From IMG/VR virus record IMGVR_UViG_3300031453_000081: 64,000 nt of DNA; one strand, 5' to 3'. The position numbers were made by a program, and so were the translations under genes. The stretch's first letter is position 1; the number at the start of each line of letters is the position of its first letter. Positions 39,501 to 50,074 of this stretch are shown one piece after another. The stretch comes from a virus. The notes below the pieces were generated by a model, which saw nothing but the letters and a program-made list of their open reading frames with translations, was not told the origin of the DNA and did not search any database.

Positions 39501-42500
39501 GCCTGGTACTTGGAAGCCAACCATCGAATCATCACGTGGATCGAAGACCGAGCTAAGGACATGCTGTCCGGTGGCGAGAGCTTCGTCACCAACATCGTGA
39601 CCGGTCTGACTAACAAAATCGGCGATCTACTGGGCTGGTTCGGCAATCTCACAGTTAAAATCGGAACCTGGGAGAGGGAGCGCGCGACACAATTCCTCAA
39701 CGCCGCGCATGATTGGATCGCTTCCATGGTCACCGGGCTAGGCGACAAAATCCAGTCGCTGATATCCGAAGCCTCGAAAATCGCCACGGCCATATTCGAC
39801 ACCATCAAGACCTTCTTCACCAGCCATAACCCGTTTTCGGGGCTAGTTTCACAGGCCAAAGACGCCGTAGGTGCCATTACTGGGTTCCTGGGCGGCATTG
39901 GCAACGGCATCAGCGGCGCGCTCGGCGGCGGACATCCTCTGGGCCATGGTGGCGGTAACGGTCCATTCGGGCTATCTGGTGTTACCGGCACTGTGCAATC
40001 CGGCGCGGCGGGCGCAGCGGCAGAGGGCGAGGCGAGCCTCCTCGGCGGACGTGCTCCAGCCAATGACCTCGACTATCTGCTGCCGAGTGGCGCAACACAG
40101 GGCGTCCAACTGCCCGGCGGCAAAAACGCCGTCTACACCCTCATCAAGAGCTACATCGAAAAGGGCATTGGCGGGATTGAAGAGTGGGCGGGCCCATCTG
40201 GCAACCGCTTCGCTTTCCTGCACATGTCACAAGTAGCCCAGACTGGCACGTATCATGGCGGCGATGTCGTCGGCAAAACAGGCTGGCCACAGGACCCAAA
40301 ATATGGCAACGGGTTAGCTGGGCCGGGCAACTCTCAACTCTGCGTCGTTTACGACTCCTCCGGCAATCCCATGGTCTTGAGCACCTCGCAGCTAGCGGCG
40401 GCTCAGACTAGGGGGCACGGCGGCGGCTACGCCAACTATGGACAGCGCAGCGGGGCCGGGCAGTCCGCGCCATTGGGTGGCGAGCACAACCTACCAGGCG
40501 CACGAGCGGATTACGCCTTCTCCATGCCTCGAAGTGGCGAGCACTACGCCGGTGGCGTGCAGACCGATTACAACACCGCTCAGCGTAACCAGTACATGGG
40601 CGGCTTCATCGGCACGAATACCAGCGCCGGCGCATTAGGCGCGCTGGCCGCCCAGTCTCCTCAGCACAAGTACGGCTCGTTTGGCGCAGCACAGGCGGAT
40701 ACCGGCAATCTCTCTGCAAGCATTGTCAAGCTCACCGGCTCGCTGGATAAGCTCTCGCCAGAAGTCGCCAAGACCATGAAGGCGGCAATCGTCGCTGAAG
40801 CCGCCCAGATGCAGGGATACACCAGCAAGTACAACAGCGACTATGCAACTGAGAACAGCCGTCACGTCACGGCGGTAGCCAAAATCTACCACGACAATGC
40901 CTCCCAGACTGTCAAGCAGGAGGGCATCTATCACGCTGCCATCGCGGCAAATAACCAAGCCGCAATCACCTCAACGGCCGCGGCGCATGACAAGTTTCTG
41001 AAGGCCCAGGGCAAAATCAACGACCGCTTCCAGACCGCCCAGATCAACGAGGGTACGTCCCTGCAAACGGCCCGGACTAATGCGGATCGTGCCCAGACCC
41101 AAGCGCTGGCTCGTCTATCTCAGACCGAAGCCACCCGGCAGGCCAATAACAATTCAGCCCTGGCCCGATCCAACGCAGCGGCGAACAGCAAGTTTACACA
41201 GGACACGAAAAAAGAGAATGACCGCTACAACGGCATCCTCAAGGATCATGGTTCGGCCACCGATGCCCAGTTGCGTGCCCATACCGCTCGACTGAAGGCT
41301 ATCACCCAGACCCATAGCGACAAGCTAGCCCATGACCTGGCCCTTCACCCAGTCAAAATGGCCTCTGTCACCGGCTCCCATGTTTCCGCCTTGGGCAGGA
41401 TTACGCAGGCTCACGCCACTGCCTGGGAGAAGGCCGCCCACGCACATGTGACCTCATTTGACAAAGCGACACGCCAGCATACCCTCCAGATGGGGTACTT
41501 GACGCAGGCCCACGTGAAGGACTACGGCGCGGCCAATCAGAAGTTGACTGATGCCAACAACAAATGGCTGACCCAGCACAAGACCAATCTGCAAACCAAC
41601 CTGGACAAATCGCAGGCGGGCTTTGATAAGCATATCGCCGGGCTGAAGGCTGGCTTGACCGCGCACCTCAACGGGCTGAGTGCCGCCAATGCCGCGCTAG
41701 TCGCCAAAATGCGCGAGGCGCTGACCGACCACGCGCTGTGGGACGGGCTGGCCGCGCATGTGTCCAACGTCATCGGGCAGGGGACCAAGGACCTGGCCTA
41801 TCAGATTCTCAAGGGGACCGCGGACCAGACCCATGCGGTACGTCCTGGCGGCATGAATACCGACGGTGGGACCGGCAACACTATCACCCAGGTAGCCAAT
41901 AATGCGCCGCTGATGGCGTCCCTGGCCGACTCGATCCGCAAGCAAAAGGCCATGTCCGACGCCATGACCGAAGCCACCGCCCGAGCCGCCGCTGCTGCTG
42001 GAGACTTCGGCAAGAGCTTGGCGGCGACCACCGCACTGCTGGCTGGCAAAGTCAACGACGCGTTGAACAAATTCATCTATGATTCGCTCCACCCCAAGGG
42101 CGGGCCGGGCGGAAAGGGTGGTGGCACTGGAGCACTTGCCGGCGATTTGGCCGCATACGACGCGTACTATGCCAAGCACCAGGGCAATGCCAACAGAACC
42201 ACGCAGGCCAAGCTAGGAGCGGACCGTTCGGTGGGCATCTACTCCACCAGTCAGTCCGAACTCTCGAAGACGGATGCAACCGCCGTGGGCGAAGCCTCCG
42301 CCAAATTGGCCTACGATTTTCTGCATAACAGCCAAGCGGTCGCGCTGGATACCGCAGACCTCAAAACGAAGACGGCCAAGCAAAAAACTGATACCGAATC
42401 GGATACGCAAGCAAGGCTCGTTGGTGATCGCGCTCTGGGCATCTTTGCCACCAGCCTGACCGACCTCGCCTCGAAGACCTCTGGACCGGCAAAAATGGCC

Positions 42501-44150
42501 ATGGACGCCTTTACCTGGGGACTAGTCACTGGAACCGGCGATACCAAGATGCTGGCCGCGACCATGGTATCAACCGCTCAGGCAGACAAGGCGGCTGTCG
42601 AGCGAACCACCCAGGCCCACCTCCAGTCTGACCGGCTACTCGGCAACTTCGGCACCAGCCTGGCCGATTCTCAGAAAAAAGTCAGCGAAGCCTACACCAT
42701 GGCCAGTGACAAGTACCTCTACGATTCGACCCAGGTGGGTGGTGCGACCCAGCAGGATATCTCCGACCTACTCGCATCGAGTCAGGCGCTCAAAGAGCAT
42801 GCCGCCAGTGTCACCGCCAACGTCGATTCCCAGAACCGAATCACGGGCAGTTACACCTCCAGCGTGGCCACCTTTACCGCTCAAATCAATGGGCCGCTAA
42901 CGGATGCGAATGCGAAATACGCCTACGACCTGCACAACCATACCGGCGACCTGGTGGCGGATTCATCGGCAATTCGGGATGCCACAGTCGGGGTAACAGC
43001 GCTGGGCGAGGAGGCCAGAAAGACCGCTGAAGCTGGCATGGGCTCCTATAACGCTGCCATCTCCAACGCGCAGGCGCTGGCCGCATCTACCGCCGCCACA
43101 TACGAAAACGCCAAACAGGACGGAGTAACAGGCCAGGCGCTCGCCGATCTCTTCCAGAAAGCCGTTGACGCCGGCGTCTCGCTGTTCGATTTAGGCAAAA
43201 CCGCATCCGGACTCGCTACCGCCATATCCACCATCACCTCAGCCGCGGCTGCTTCTCCTCTCGCCTCGGGCGGCCCACCCCCCGGCTATGCCGGATTCGG
43301 CACTGTTGGCAGTGGCCCCAATGCCGGCATGCAAGGTGGCGCACCCGGCAGTCCCGGCGCCGTGCTCAGCGGTATGGCAGCCCATCCCGGCTCGACCGCA
43401 GGCCAGTATCAGGCCGCGAGCACCGGAACCATGCCCGGTGGCCCAACTGGGAGCGGCGGCACCATCCAGGGATTGCCCTACATCAATGGCTCGTCAGCGC
43501 CCAGCGGGACGCCGTACTACGATCCCGCCACCAAACTGTTCAACTCGAACGGCGGCTCGCTGTCGATTGACATGATTAACAACAACTCGTCAATCGCCAA
43601 CGGCGGCGGCGGGTACTACCAGAATCCGGCGCTGCCTCAGGGCGCATACCTGGGTCAGGGTCCAAACTTCGGCCAGACCATTTTCGGCGGGTCAGCGCCA
43701 CCAATGATGGGCAGTGCGGGTGGTGGTGCGAATGCCCAAACCGCGCCGGGCAACCTCTCGCAGGCGTTTCTCAATTCCCGCCTGCATCCGATCGCTGCCG
43801 GTCCTGGCAGTACGACTACTCAACCGATCTACGTGCAACCCGTCGCGCCATCACCAGCCCAGCAGCAGGCCAATACACAGGCGGCAACCACCAGCGCCTC
43901 CCAACTCTCCACGCAGCAGGCACAGTTGACCCAGTTGCAGCAGGCCAACACCACGCTCACCGCGAGCAATGCGGCGCTGACGAGCCAGGTGCAAGCGCAG
44001 ATGGAGCAAATGAGACAGCTAACCGAACTGGTCAAGCTGTCCAATCTCGGGTTAGACGGTATGGGCGGCGGCGGCAGTGGTGGCGGCGGCATGGACACCC
44101 AAACGCTGATGAATCAACTCGGCGTGGCACGCATGGCGAACAGGGGATAA
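36519..44150 (+). CDS. Tape measure protein (2543 aa) with internal degenerate M23-like domain
   Basis: TP901-type core (IRGNTGAT..EI.KMRAE, AANMGF), Trp-periodic repeats, M23-like segment ~40050-40360. Confidence 0.92.
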   Translation: MSMVSDVVASLRLVGVDELSAPLAAGGASLQGVGEKATATGGVVDSAFKTMSESVQTVAAKFDLFAAAAQAAGKKAGAALDSSAGMSAGAASKIEAAMTSAAAAMERFAAATEAAGAKASSSLGRVSASAAGTSARVSEADKLIEERNLKAAESFKLIGDAAASAGVKTGEAGAMMMKGPLGLALGVGLAVGETIHMADKMETTFALIRGNTGATTGEISKMRAETMKLGSETPAKLDDIAKGFERAANMGFHGADAMKLVSASVKAAVATGADVAGVTNTVALAMSNFHIPARNAALAVSTLLAGAQNANTRLPDMAAHMSKLGIIASGIHMPLQDAVASFSALTRATGDAAQAQTLWTGMTTHMINVTKPAHAALVQLGQVSGIDLVGAFKKFSDGAMSQHDVLALTRKALGLNSSAANKLQEDYAKLGAGTMSQTAFMKEANTVSHGQAAAIMTIFGGLRGGVGALNLMTSGWSGYNDIMKKTHAGTTALNEAFKGMMETSGAKFETFKNKVEIGAIALGTKMLPAVGAVLDKLSAFSDWVGSKGGVIQGFFDKIGSVVGKVFSALTPGFTLLKNMVEKDLVAAFDKFKPVIANVSAIFDSLGTKATSFSKGGGKDLSGVFREIGTVAGIVISAIATLEAGFYTFATAVIKGVIQSKALGDVFGKLGTALQPVFTAIGQVVNSLGSFTKSTNDGGKSATDMAGIVTNLLVGAISVLAKVIEAAVPTIVAAIHVIGDVIKVVAGIIKDLVPIVQDTWKLITDIFHGNGQKIGADLGALGSKIGTLFTDLVKNLGPLVKDLWALIQAAFSAGVTLVLAKLGDFGHAFVAFVEGLPSRLDTGWNDLAQKGVDALGRLATAGMDKLNEYAAKITGWISDRAGDFGNAAVSWIGGLLGGLGSQIGHLWSWYTDVTNRMTGWVADRVGDMLKGGANFVTSLVSGLVSKIGDIAGWLLARDVALATWITTTAGNMLSGGASFVTNLVSGLANKVGDLWAWYLEANHRIITWIEDRAKDMLSGGESFVTNIVTGLTNKIGDLLGWFGNLTVKIGTWERERATQFLNAAHDWIASMVTGLGDKIQSLISEASKIATAIFDTIKTFFTSHNPFSGLVSQAKDAVGAITGFLGGIGNGISGALGGGHPLGHGGGNGPFGLSGVTGTVQSGAAGAAAEGEASLLGGRAPANDLDYLLPSGATQGVQLPGGKNAVYTLIKSYIEKGIGGIEEWAGPSGNRFAFLHMSQVAQTGTYHGGDVVGKTGWPQDPKYGNGLAGPGNSQLCVVYDSSGNPMVLSTSQLAAAQTRGHGGGYANYGQRSGAGQSAPLGGEHNLPGARADYAFSMPRSGEHYAGGVQTDYNTAQRNQYMGGFIGTNTSAGALGALAAQSPQHKYGSFGAAQADTGNLSASIVKLTGSLDKLSPEVAKTMKAAIVAEAAQMQGYTSKYNSDYATENSRHVTAVAKIYHDNASQTVKQEGIYHAAIAANNQAAITSTAAAHDKFLKAQGKINDRFQTAQINEGTSLQTARTNADRAQTQALARLSQTEATRQANNNSALARSNAAANSKFTQDTKKENDRYNGILKDHGSATDAQLRAHTARLKAITQTHSDKLAHDLALHPVKMASVTGSHVSALGRITQAHATAWEKAAHAHVTSFDKATRQHTLQMGYLTQAHVKDYGAANQKLTDANNKWLTQHKTNLQTNLDKSQAGFDKHIAGLKAGLTAHLNGLSAANAALVAKMREALTDHALWDGLAAHVSNVIGQGTKDLAYQILKGTADQTHAVRPGGMNTDGGTGNTITQVANNAPLMASLADSIRKQKAMSDAMTEATARAAAAAGDFGKSLAATTALLAGKVNDALNKFIYDSLHPKGGPGGKGGGTGALAGDLAAYDAYYAKHQGNANRTTQAKLGADRSVGIYSTSQSELSKTDATAVGEASAKLAYDFLHNSQAVALDTADLKTKTAKQKTDTESDTQARLVGDRALGIFATSLTDLASKTSGPAKMAMDAFTWGLVTGTGDTKMLAATMVSTAQADKAAVERTTQAHLQSDRLLGNFGTSLADSQKKVSEAYTMASDKYLYDSTQVGGATQQDISDLLASSQALKEHAASVTANVDSQNRITGSYTSSVATFTAQINGPLTDANAKYAYDLHNHTGDLVADSSAIRDATVGVTALGEEARKTAEAGMGSYNAAISNAQALAASTAATYENAKQDGVTGQALADLFQKAVDAGVSLFDLGKTASGLATAISTITSAAAASPLASGGPPPGYAGFGTVGSGPNAGMQGGAPGSPGAVLSGMAAHPGSTAGQYQAASTGTMPGGPTGSGGTIQGLPYINGSSAPSGTPYYDPATKLFNSNGGSLSIDMINNNSSIANGGGGYYQNPALPQGAYLGQGPNFGQTIFGGSAPPMMGSAGGGANAQTAPGNLSQAFLNSRLHPIAAGPGSTTTQPIYVQPVAPSPAQQQANTQAATTSASQLSTQQAQLTQLQQANTTLTASNAALTSQVQAQMEQMRQLTELVKLSNLGLDGMGGGGSGGGGMDTQTLMNQLGVARMANRG

Positions 44151-44153
44151 CAC

Positions 44154-46628
44154 ATGGCAGCAGTCGGACAGTTAGTTGACAATGTTAATATCCCCGCCGA
44201 TCCGTTCTCGCCAGATGTCACCCACCACCTCTGCACGTTTAGCGACGGCGCGAAGCTGCTGGTGTACTCGCGAACCACCGGAACCTACTACGCGCTGAGG
44301 AACAGTAGCGGCGTGTGGCAGGCTCCGGTCTCGTTGCTGACCAGTCCGCTGTCCAGCTACGACTCCAACACCATCGCCCAGAACGGCAACACCGTAGCCG
44401 TGTGGTATTCGCAGGGATCGGTTATCAGCAAGACCAACCTGTCGTATGCCTCTGGAGCAGTGTCCGCCACTGTCAACTCCACAACGCAACCGCAAATCAC
44501 ACGAATCACCGCACTCGATGCGGCATGGAGTTCAACCAACGCCTACTGGCTGCTGTTAACATTCCAACCCGGCGGCACCAGCTCCATCACCCTCTATTCG
44601 GCCCCAGACACACTATCTGGGTTGACCTATCTGGGTAGCGCATACACCGGCGGGTCAACCATTCTCCGGGCACATGTTGCACTGGCGTCGCCAACCAGCA
44701 CCACCCAGTACATCACCGTTGCCGATCCCACCGCGGGGCGGATCACGCTGTACTCAAACAACATTGGCGCATCGTTCGGTACCGCCGAAACCGCCTACCA
44801 CACCAGCTGTGAACACACCGTCGAGTTCGATGTCAACGGCAACCTCGATTTGCTGATCTACGACCCGGCAGTCAACGCGCTGCTTGATGTCAAACGCACC
44901 GGGACCGCGACCTACGCCGCCGCCGTCACGCTCTACAGCGCCCCGGCCATCGGGACGTCCATCCCCGCCACTGCCTACAACAATTCGACCGGCGCGCTCT
45001 CCGTGTTTTTCGAGACGGCGGCGAACCAACCCAACGATGAACTTTACATAGCGCAACAAGTTAGTGGCCGTTGGAGCACGGCGACCCTCGCAGTAGGCGG
45101 TGATGCCAGCGGCTATCACGCCGCCACCACCGGGCGTTACGTCGACGGCGTCAACCGTGATATCGTCTACGTCTACGGAACCGCTGCGCCCTACGCGATC
45201 TACCATTTTCAACTCGGCACCGGATCAGCCCCCAACACCCCGGTGATGACCTCCCCGACGGCGGGCAACGGCGGGAGCACCAGCCCGGCATCGTCTTTTA
45301 ACTATTCCAACCCGATTCCCGGCGACCTGCAGGGTGCCTACGAGCTGCTCTATACCCGATCATCGGACAACGTGGTCATGTGGGATAGCGGCTGGGTTGC
45401 AAGTAGCGCATCAAGTGGCATCGCCTACGCTGGTACCACACTCGTCTACGGCATTCAGTATCAGGCCCAGGTCCGGGTCAAAGATGCGCAACTCGGTAGC
45501 GCCTCAGCGTACAGCACCGCCGTGGTGTTCACGGCGACCCGGCCGGGTGTGGCCACCATCACGAATGTGCTCGATAACGGCGTCAATGTGGTGGCAGGCG
45601 GCGACATCACATCCGCTATCGCCACGCTGACCTACTCCTGGTCGCAGCCCGACGGCAACACGAATGTGTCCTACCAAGAGTTGCTGTATGCGGATGACGG
45701 CGTGACACTCGTCAATAGTCTGGGGACTGCCACGTTTATCAATCCAGTTGCCAGCGGCTCCAGCATCACGCTCGGCACATTCACCATTACCGATGGGGCA
45801 ACCCCGCCTATCACGAACCTCACCTACTACCGTTTCCAGATTCGCGCCACCGACTCTCAGGGCGGGGTCACCCTCTCGCCACAATATCGTGTACGCACCA
45901 ACTGGACACCGCCGGGAACGCCCTACGACATCGGCATCAGCCCGAACCCCAACACCGGCGTGGTCACCGTCTCGTGGGTCAACGCCTCCGGCGTCAGCAG
46001 CATCAACGTGTTTACGCGTCCCACCGGGACGGCAACGTGGCAGCAACTCCCATTACCCAACCCGCTCGCCACCAGCATCCATGTGTTCCCACCCCCGGGC
46101 ATCCCCTACGATTACGGGTTTCAGAGCGTCGGCAGTACCGGGATTCTGTCCGGTATTGCTATCGAACGGGCAGTTACCCTGCCGCTCAAACTCGGCTACT
46201 ACACGGCATGGCTCAGAGACACCACGGCGCCGCTCACCGCCGCCGTGCCGTTGGGCATCCCCGGTCAGGCGCTCTCCTCCAACGCCTGGACCCAGGCCGA
46301 GGATAAATCCAGTTTCGTGCCCCAGGGCCTCTCCAAACCCAAAACCGACTACGGCCCCACCAACTGGCACATGCTCAAGGGTGCAAAGTACCTGATCTTC
46401 GCCCAGGACGGCCATGGGCCTAGTCTCGTCACAGCCCCCTCGATCATCGCTATCCTGCAGGCTATGTACGCCACACGGAACACACTCCAGTACTGCGACA
46501 ACGAGGGGCGGTCGTACTTTGTGCGACTCGGCAACTTCTCAACGCCACTAGCCGACGATGCAATCAACCATCTGGCGACCTTTGACCTAGAGGAAACCAT
46601 TACGCCCTTGACGATCCTGATCGCCTGA
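44154..46628 (+). CDS. Minor tail protein with beta-propeller/Fn3-like domains and Dit-like C-terminus
   Basis: Directly after TMP; APNTPVMTSP, YQAQVRVKD, PPGTP Fn3 signatures. Confidence 0.7.
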   Translation: MAAVGQLVDNVNIPADPFSPDVTHHLCTFSDGAKLLVYSRTTGTYYALRNSSGVWQAPVSLLTSPLSSYDSNTIAQNGNTVAVWYSQGSVISKTNLSYASGAVSATVNSTTQPQITRITALDAAWSSTNAYWLLLTFQPGGTSSITLYSAPDTLSGLTYLGSAYTGGSTILRAHVALASPTSTTQYITVADPTAGRITLYSNNIGASFGTAETAYHTSCEHTVEFDVNGNLDLLIYDPAVNALLDVKRTGTATYAAAVTLYSAPAIGTSIPATAYNNSTGALSVFFETAANQPNDELYIAQQVSGRWSTATLAVGGDASGYHAATTGRYVDGVNRDIVYVYGTAAPYAIYHFQLGTGSAPNTPVMTSPTAGNGGSTSPASSFNYSNPIPGDLQGAYELLYTRSSDNVVMWDSGWVASSASSGIAYAGTTLVYGIQYQAQVRVKDAQLGSASAYSTAVVFTATRPGVATITNVLDNGVNVVAGGDITSAIATLTYSWSQPDGNTNVSYQELLYADDGVTLVNSLGTATFINPVASGSSITLGTFTITDGATPPITNLTYYRFQIRATDSQGGVTLSPQYRVRTNWTPPGTPYDIGISPNPNTGVVTVSWVNASGVSSINVFTRPTGTATWQQLPLPNPLATSIHVFPPPGIPYDYGFQSVGSTGILSGIAIERAVTLPLKLGYYTAWLRDTTAPLTAAVPLGIPGQALSSNAWTQAEDKSSFVPQGLSKPKTDYGPTNWHMLKGAKYLIFAQDGHGPSLVTAPSIIAILQAMYATRNTLQYCDNEGRSYFVRLGNFSTPLADDAINHLATFDLEETITPLTILIA

Positions 46629-46662
46629 ATCTGTCCAACGGCGGTTTCGACTGGAGCAGCCT

Positions 46663-47949
46663 ATGCAGAGCACAACCATACCGGCTGCGCACAATCCGGC
46701 CAACTACTCGCCGCAGCAGGTGATCGATACCATTAACCGGATGAGTGGCAGCGCACACCCCACCACACGCTATGCCGTGCTGGATGAACGAACGCAGCAG
46801 CCGGTCGTATTGCCCTCGCCCCTGCTGGTCGATACAGGCAAAATCACCAACGACACCACGCAGAATACGCACCGATCGCTGGCCATCACGCTGCTCGAAC
46901 CTGTAGGGCTCAACACACTCCAGCACCTCATTCAGCCCTGGTTCGGCTTCAACGATAACGCGGGGAATCTCCTGTTTGAAGTACCGCTCGGAGTTTTCCG
47001 CCCGGTGCTGCCGGATCGTCTACTCCAGGACTCTCAGAACATCTGGACCATTGCCGGGCTGGACCGAACCGTTGATATCACCATCATCCCCTTTGCAAAC
47101 GACTATGCCATTCCCTCGGGCAACAATGTGATCGGGGCGGTAGTAGCCATGATGATGATGGACCAAAACCCTCGCAGTGAGGCCGGCGCACGGCAGCCAA
47201 TCTCCTCGCCCTACGTCTGGCCGGACGCCAACAACCCCGGCATGACCCCCAGCGGCCTGGACGATGAAGGGCCGAACTTCCCGGCCGCGCGTATCCGAGC
47301 CACACCCACCACCTTCACCACTATCGGCCCGGTGATCGGCACCCGGCAAGATAAAAAGTCGGACATCGCCAATACCATGTTGGACACCATCTCCTACTAT
47401 CCGCTCTGGGTCGATGAGGGAGGATCACTGAGGCTTCAGCCCAAACCGTACTACAACGGTAGTACGCCGGCAGTCGAGTGGACCTATGCCACCGACGCCA
47501 CCTCCATTATCCGGCCGGGCGTGCAGCAGCAACTCTCCAATCAGGCGGACCTGGTGAACTGCGTGGGCCTGGAGTGCGCGCCCAGCGGCGGCCCAGTGAT
47601 CTACTCCGAGCAGAAAAATCACTCCACCGACTCCGCCATCAGTATCCCCAATCGGGGTAAAACCGTCCGGCGCAATCTCCAGAACAACCTAATCGCGACC
47701 CAGGCGCAAGCTGACCTAGCCGCCTACATCGCGCTCGTCGAGTTTGCACTGCAAACCGATACTGTCTCCTGGTCAACCGCCATCAACCCACTGCATCAGA
47801 GTCACGACATCGTGGCCCTCAATGTCCGCAACCGAGACGGGAAACCAGAAATATCGAGTTCGGCACATCCCTACATTATGATCTCCCATTCATGGGATCT
47901 GAACACCTACGTCCAAACCAATGTGGCCGGCAGGCTGGTGCTGGTCTAG
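46663..47949 (+). CDS. Tail tip hub (Tal-like) protein
   Basis: EVPLGVF, LWVDEGG.LRLQP, N.VG, STAINPLH motifs; position. Confidence 0.65.
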   Translation: MQSTTIPAAHNPANYSPQQVIDTINRMSGSAHPTTRYAVLDERTQQPVVLPSPLLVDTGKITNDTTQNTHRSLAITLLEPVGLNTLQHLIQPWFGFNDNAGNLLFEVPLGVFRPVLPDRLLQDSQNIWTIAGLDRTVDITIIPFANDYAIPSGNNVIGAVVAMMMMDQNPRSEAGARQPISSPYVWPDANNPGMTPSGLDDEGPNFPAARIRATPTTFTTIGPVIGTRQDKKSDIANTMLDTISYYPLWVDEGGSLRLQPKPYYNGSTPAVEWTYATDATSIIRPGVQQQLSNQADLVNCVGLECAPSGGPVIYSEQKNHSTDSAISIPNRGKTVRRNLQNNLIATQAQADLAAYIALVEFALQTDTVSWSTAINPLHQSHDIVALNVRNRDGKPEISSSAHPYIMISHSWDLNTYVQTNVAGRLVLV

Positions 47950-47960
47950 GAGGCATCCGA

Positions 47961-48377
47961 ATGACACTCCCTCAATTCGCCCGTAGAGGCGGCGCCGCGA
48001 ACACTGGCGGCGATCCTGGTCACAGCAGCGATGCTCCCAGCGGCGGCAATTCCAGCAACGCTCCCAGCGGCGGCGCGGCAGCTCTCACGCCACTGCTCGG
48101 CGGCCTGGTGAATCAAATTGCCGATCATGTCGCCGACGTGCAGGCCCCAATCCTCCAGCCACTGAGACGCGCCATCATCCGAGGGCAGGGAGCGAAGTCC
48201 ACCTCAGTGCTGGTCAGCGGAGCGGGGCAGGGGGCGGCAACTATTGATCTGCCCGTCTACACCGCGTACACCTCAACCATGGTCAACATGCCAGGTGGTC
48301 CGCAGGTCGGGGATGACGTGCTCCTCTCCTCCAACGGGGAGGGAAATCGGATGGTGCTGATGAAGGTCAATTACTGA
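47961..48377 (+). CDS. Minor tail protein (small, OB-like C-terminus)
   Basis: AGGAGG RBS; PQVGDDVLL. Confidence 0.55.
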   Translation: MTLPQFARRGGAANTGGDPGHSSDAPSGGNSSNAPSGGAAALTPLLGGLVNQIADHVADVQAPILQPLRRAIIRGQGAKSTSVLVSGAGQGAATIDLPVYTAYTSTMVNMPGGPQVGDDVLLSSNGEGNRMVLMKVNY

Positions 48378-48460
48378 CTCGCGCTATTCCGATGCTCTCG
48401 CCCAAGGTCGTCTCTGTGAAATGAGGCGACCCTTCTACCCGCTCCGTGGAGGCGACCCGT

Positions 48461-49453
48461 ATGCCCGAAATCACACCCGATGCCACGCCACGCCACGCAA
48501 GAAACGCGAGTGCGGCGAATGAGATTGCATCACTCGAAGCCGCCTGGATTCGTGACTACTTCGCCGCTCAAATTAAAGACCTGCACCAACTCTCTGCCGA
48601 ACGGGAGATACGTTACGAGCAGCGGTTCCTGTCGCAGGAGACCACCGTTCGCGAAAAGGCCGAAACGCTGCGCAGCAGTGTGGAAGCGGCAGCAGCTGCC
48701 CTCGCCATTCAGACCTCATCAACTGACAGGGGGCTGATGGACCACATCACCGCCCAGGAAAAATCGACCCGTTTGGCCCAGGAATCCCTCAAAGAGATAC
48801 TGGCCGAAAAAGACAAAGCGGTCAACATGGCCGCGACGAATGCGGCCATGGCACAACAAGAGTTCAAAAGCTCTATGCTGACCCGACTGGACATCCTCAA
48901 CGGTCACAAAGTCGAGATAGGCACCCTCACTGCTACTTTTGCGGCAAAAGATCAGATAGTCGCCATCCGGGATCAAGTCCTGATCATCGAGACCCGTCAA
49001 GCTGAAAATACTCGTGTAATCGCCTCACTGGCCACCAATCCAGTAGACCAGACCACTATCCGGCTCCGTATCGAAGCACTGGAAATGCGCCCCGTGGCTC
49101 TATCTCCAGAAGAGCAGGGGAAGTTCCTGACTCAGATTGCCGAACTGAAGACCGAAACGCAATCGCTCCGCACCAACGAGCATGATCTGCGCAACAAGTT
49201 TCAGATGGTCAAGGATCGTCCTGGCGCGTTGCTGCAACCGGAGATTGACGAGGTGCGACGTTTACTCCGGCTCGCCATCAAGGCTGATGTATCTGATCCG
49301 CTCACTAATGCCGAGGTCGTCGAAGTGCGGAGCGTGCTGAGCCGCAATTCTGCACGGAGCAGACGGTTGACCACATGGGAAGCCGCGTTAATCAGCGCCA
49401 TCAGCCTTGCAGTGATTGCCGCTATCGTGACGTTTATTACGCATTTTCACTAG
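48461..49453 (+). CDS. Coiled-coil protein with C-terminal TM helix (holin/spanin-like position)
   Basis: Heptad-rich; WEAALISAISLAVIAAIVTFITHFH end. Confidence 0.65.
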   Translation: MPEITPDATPRHARNASAANEIASLEAAWIRDYFAAQIKDLHQLSAEREIRYEQRFLSQETTVREKAETLRSSVEAAAAALAIQTSSTDRGLMDHITAQEKSTRLAQESLKEILAEKDKAVNMAATNAAMAQQEFKSSMLTRLDILNGHKVEIGTLTATFAAKDQIVAIRDQVLIIETRQAENTRVIASLATNPVDQTTIRLRIEALEMRPVALSPEEQGKFLTQIAELKTETQSLRTNEHDLRNKFQMVKDRPGALLQPEIDEVRRLLRLAIKADVSDPLTNAEVVEVRSVLSRNSARSRRLTTWEAALISAISLAVIAAIVTFITHFH

Positions 49454-49580
49454 CCATAAAAATGAGGGGCCAGCTCTGATGCCCGACTGTTCCCTCGAAG
49501 CGTTTGAGCGCGGGCCATGTCAAAACCCGCGCTAGAGAGTGTTTTCGCCACACGGGGAATCGTCCCCAAGGAGTCCACAT

Positions 49581-50057
49581 ATGCACCGCTGTGATATCGT
49601 CCTTTTCCGTGGCCACGCATTCGGCGATTGGCTGATACGGCTCGGTCAATCTCTCCGCTATGGCCGGCGATCCGGCTATTTTCGCTTCACCCACTGCGGC
49701 CTGGTGGTTGACGGCCACGGCGGAACCATCGAGGCCACCAGCCGCGGCGTCCATCGTGGCGCACTAGCGGGACGGTCGGATTACGTGGTGATTCGTGTGG
49801 ACGGCTCGGAGGAGGACCGTCGCCACGCCATTGCGTTTGCCGAGAGTTGCGTCCAGGCCCACCAGACATATGGCTGGCTCACAATCACTGGCATTGCGCT
49901 CTCGTTGGCCACGAACCGCCGGCTAACACTCGGTATCGACACCACGAAAATCTGTAGCGGCCTCGTCGGTGAAGCGCTGACCCGACTGGGCGTCATTTGG
50001 CCCAGCGAGCCGGAGAGCCTGTGCCCGGCCGATATCGCAGCGTTCTATTGCGTCTAG
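49581..50057 (+). CDS. Permuted papain-like NlpC/P60 enzyme (YaeF/YiiX, C92)
   Basis: DIVLF...FTHCGLV (His)...IEAT..GV...Y...ICSGLV (Cys)...PADI. Confidence 0.8.
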   Translation: MHRCDIVLFRGHAFGDWLIRLGQSLRYGRRSGYFRFTHCGLVVDGHGGTIEATSRGVHRGALAGRSDYVVIRVDGSEEDRRHAIAFAESCVQAHQTYGWLTITGIALSLATNRRLTLGIDTTKICSGLVGEALTRLGVIWPSEPESLCPADIAAFYCV

Positions 50058-50074
50058 GAGTCGCGACGTTTACG

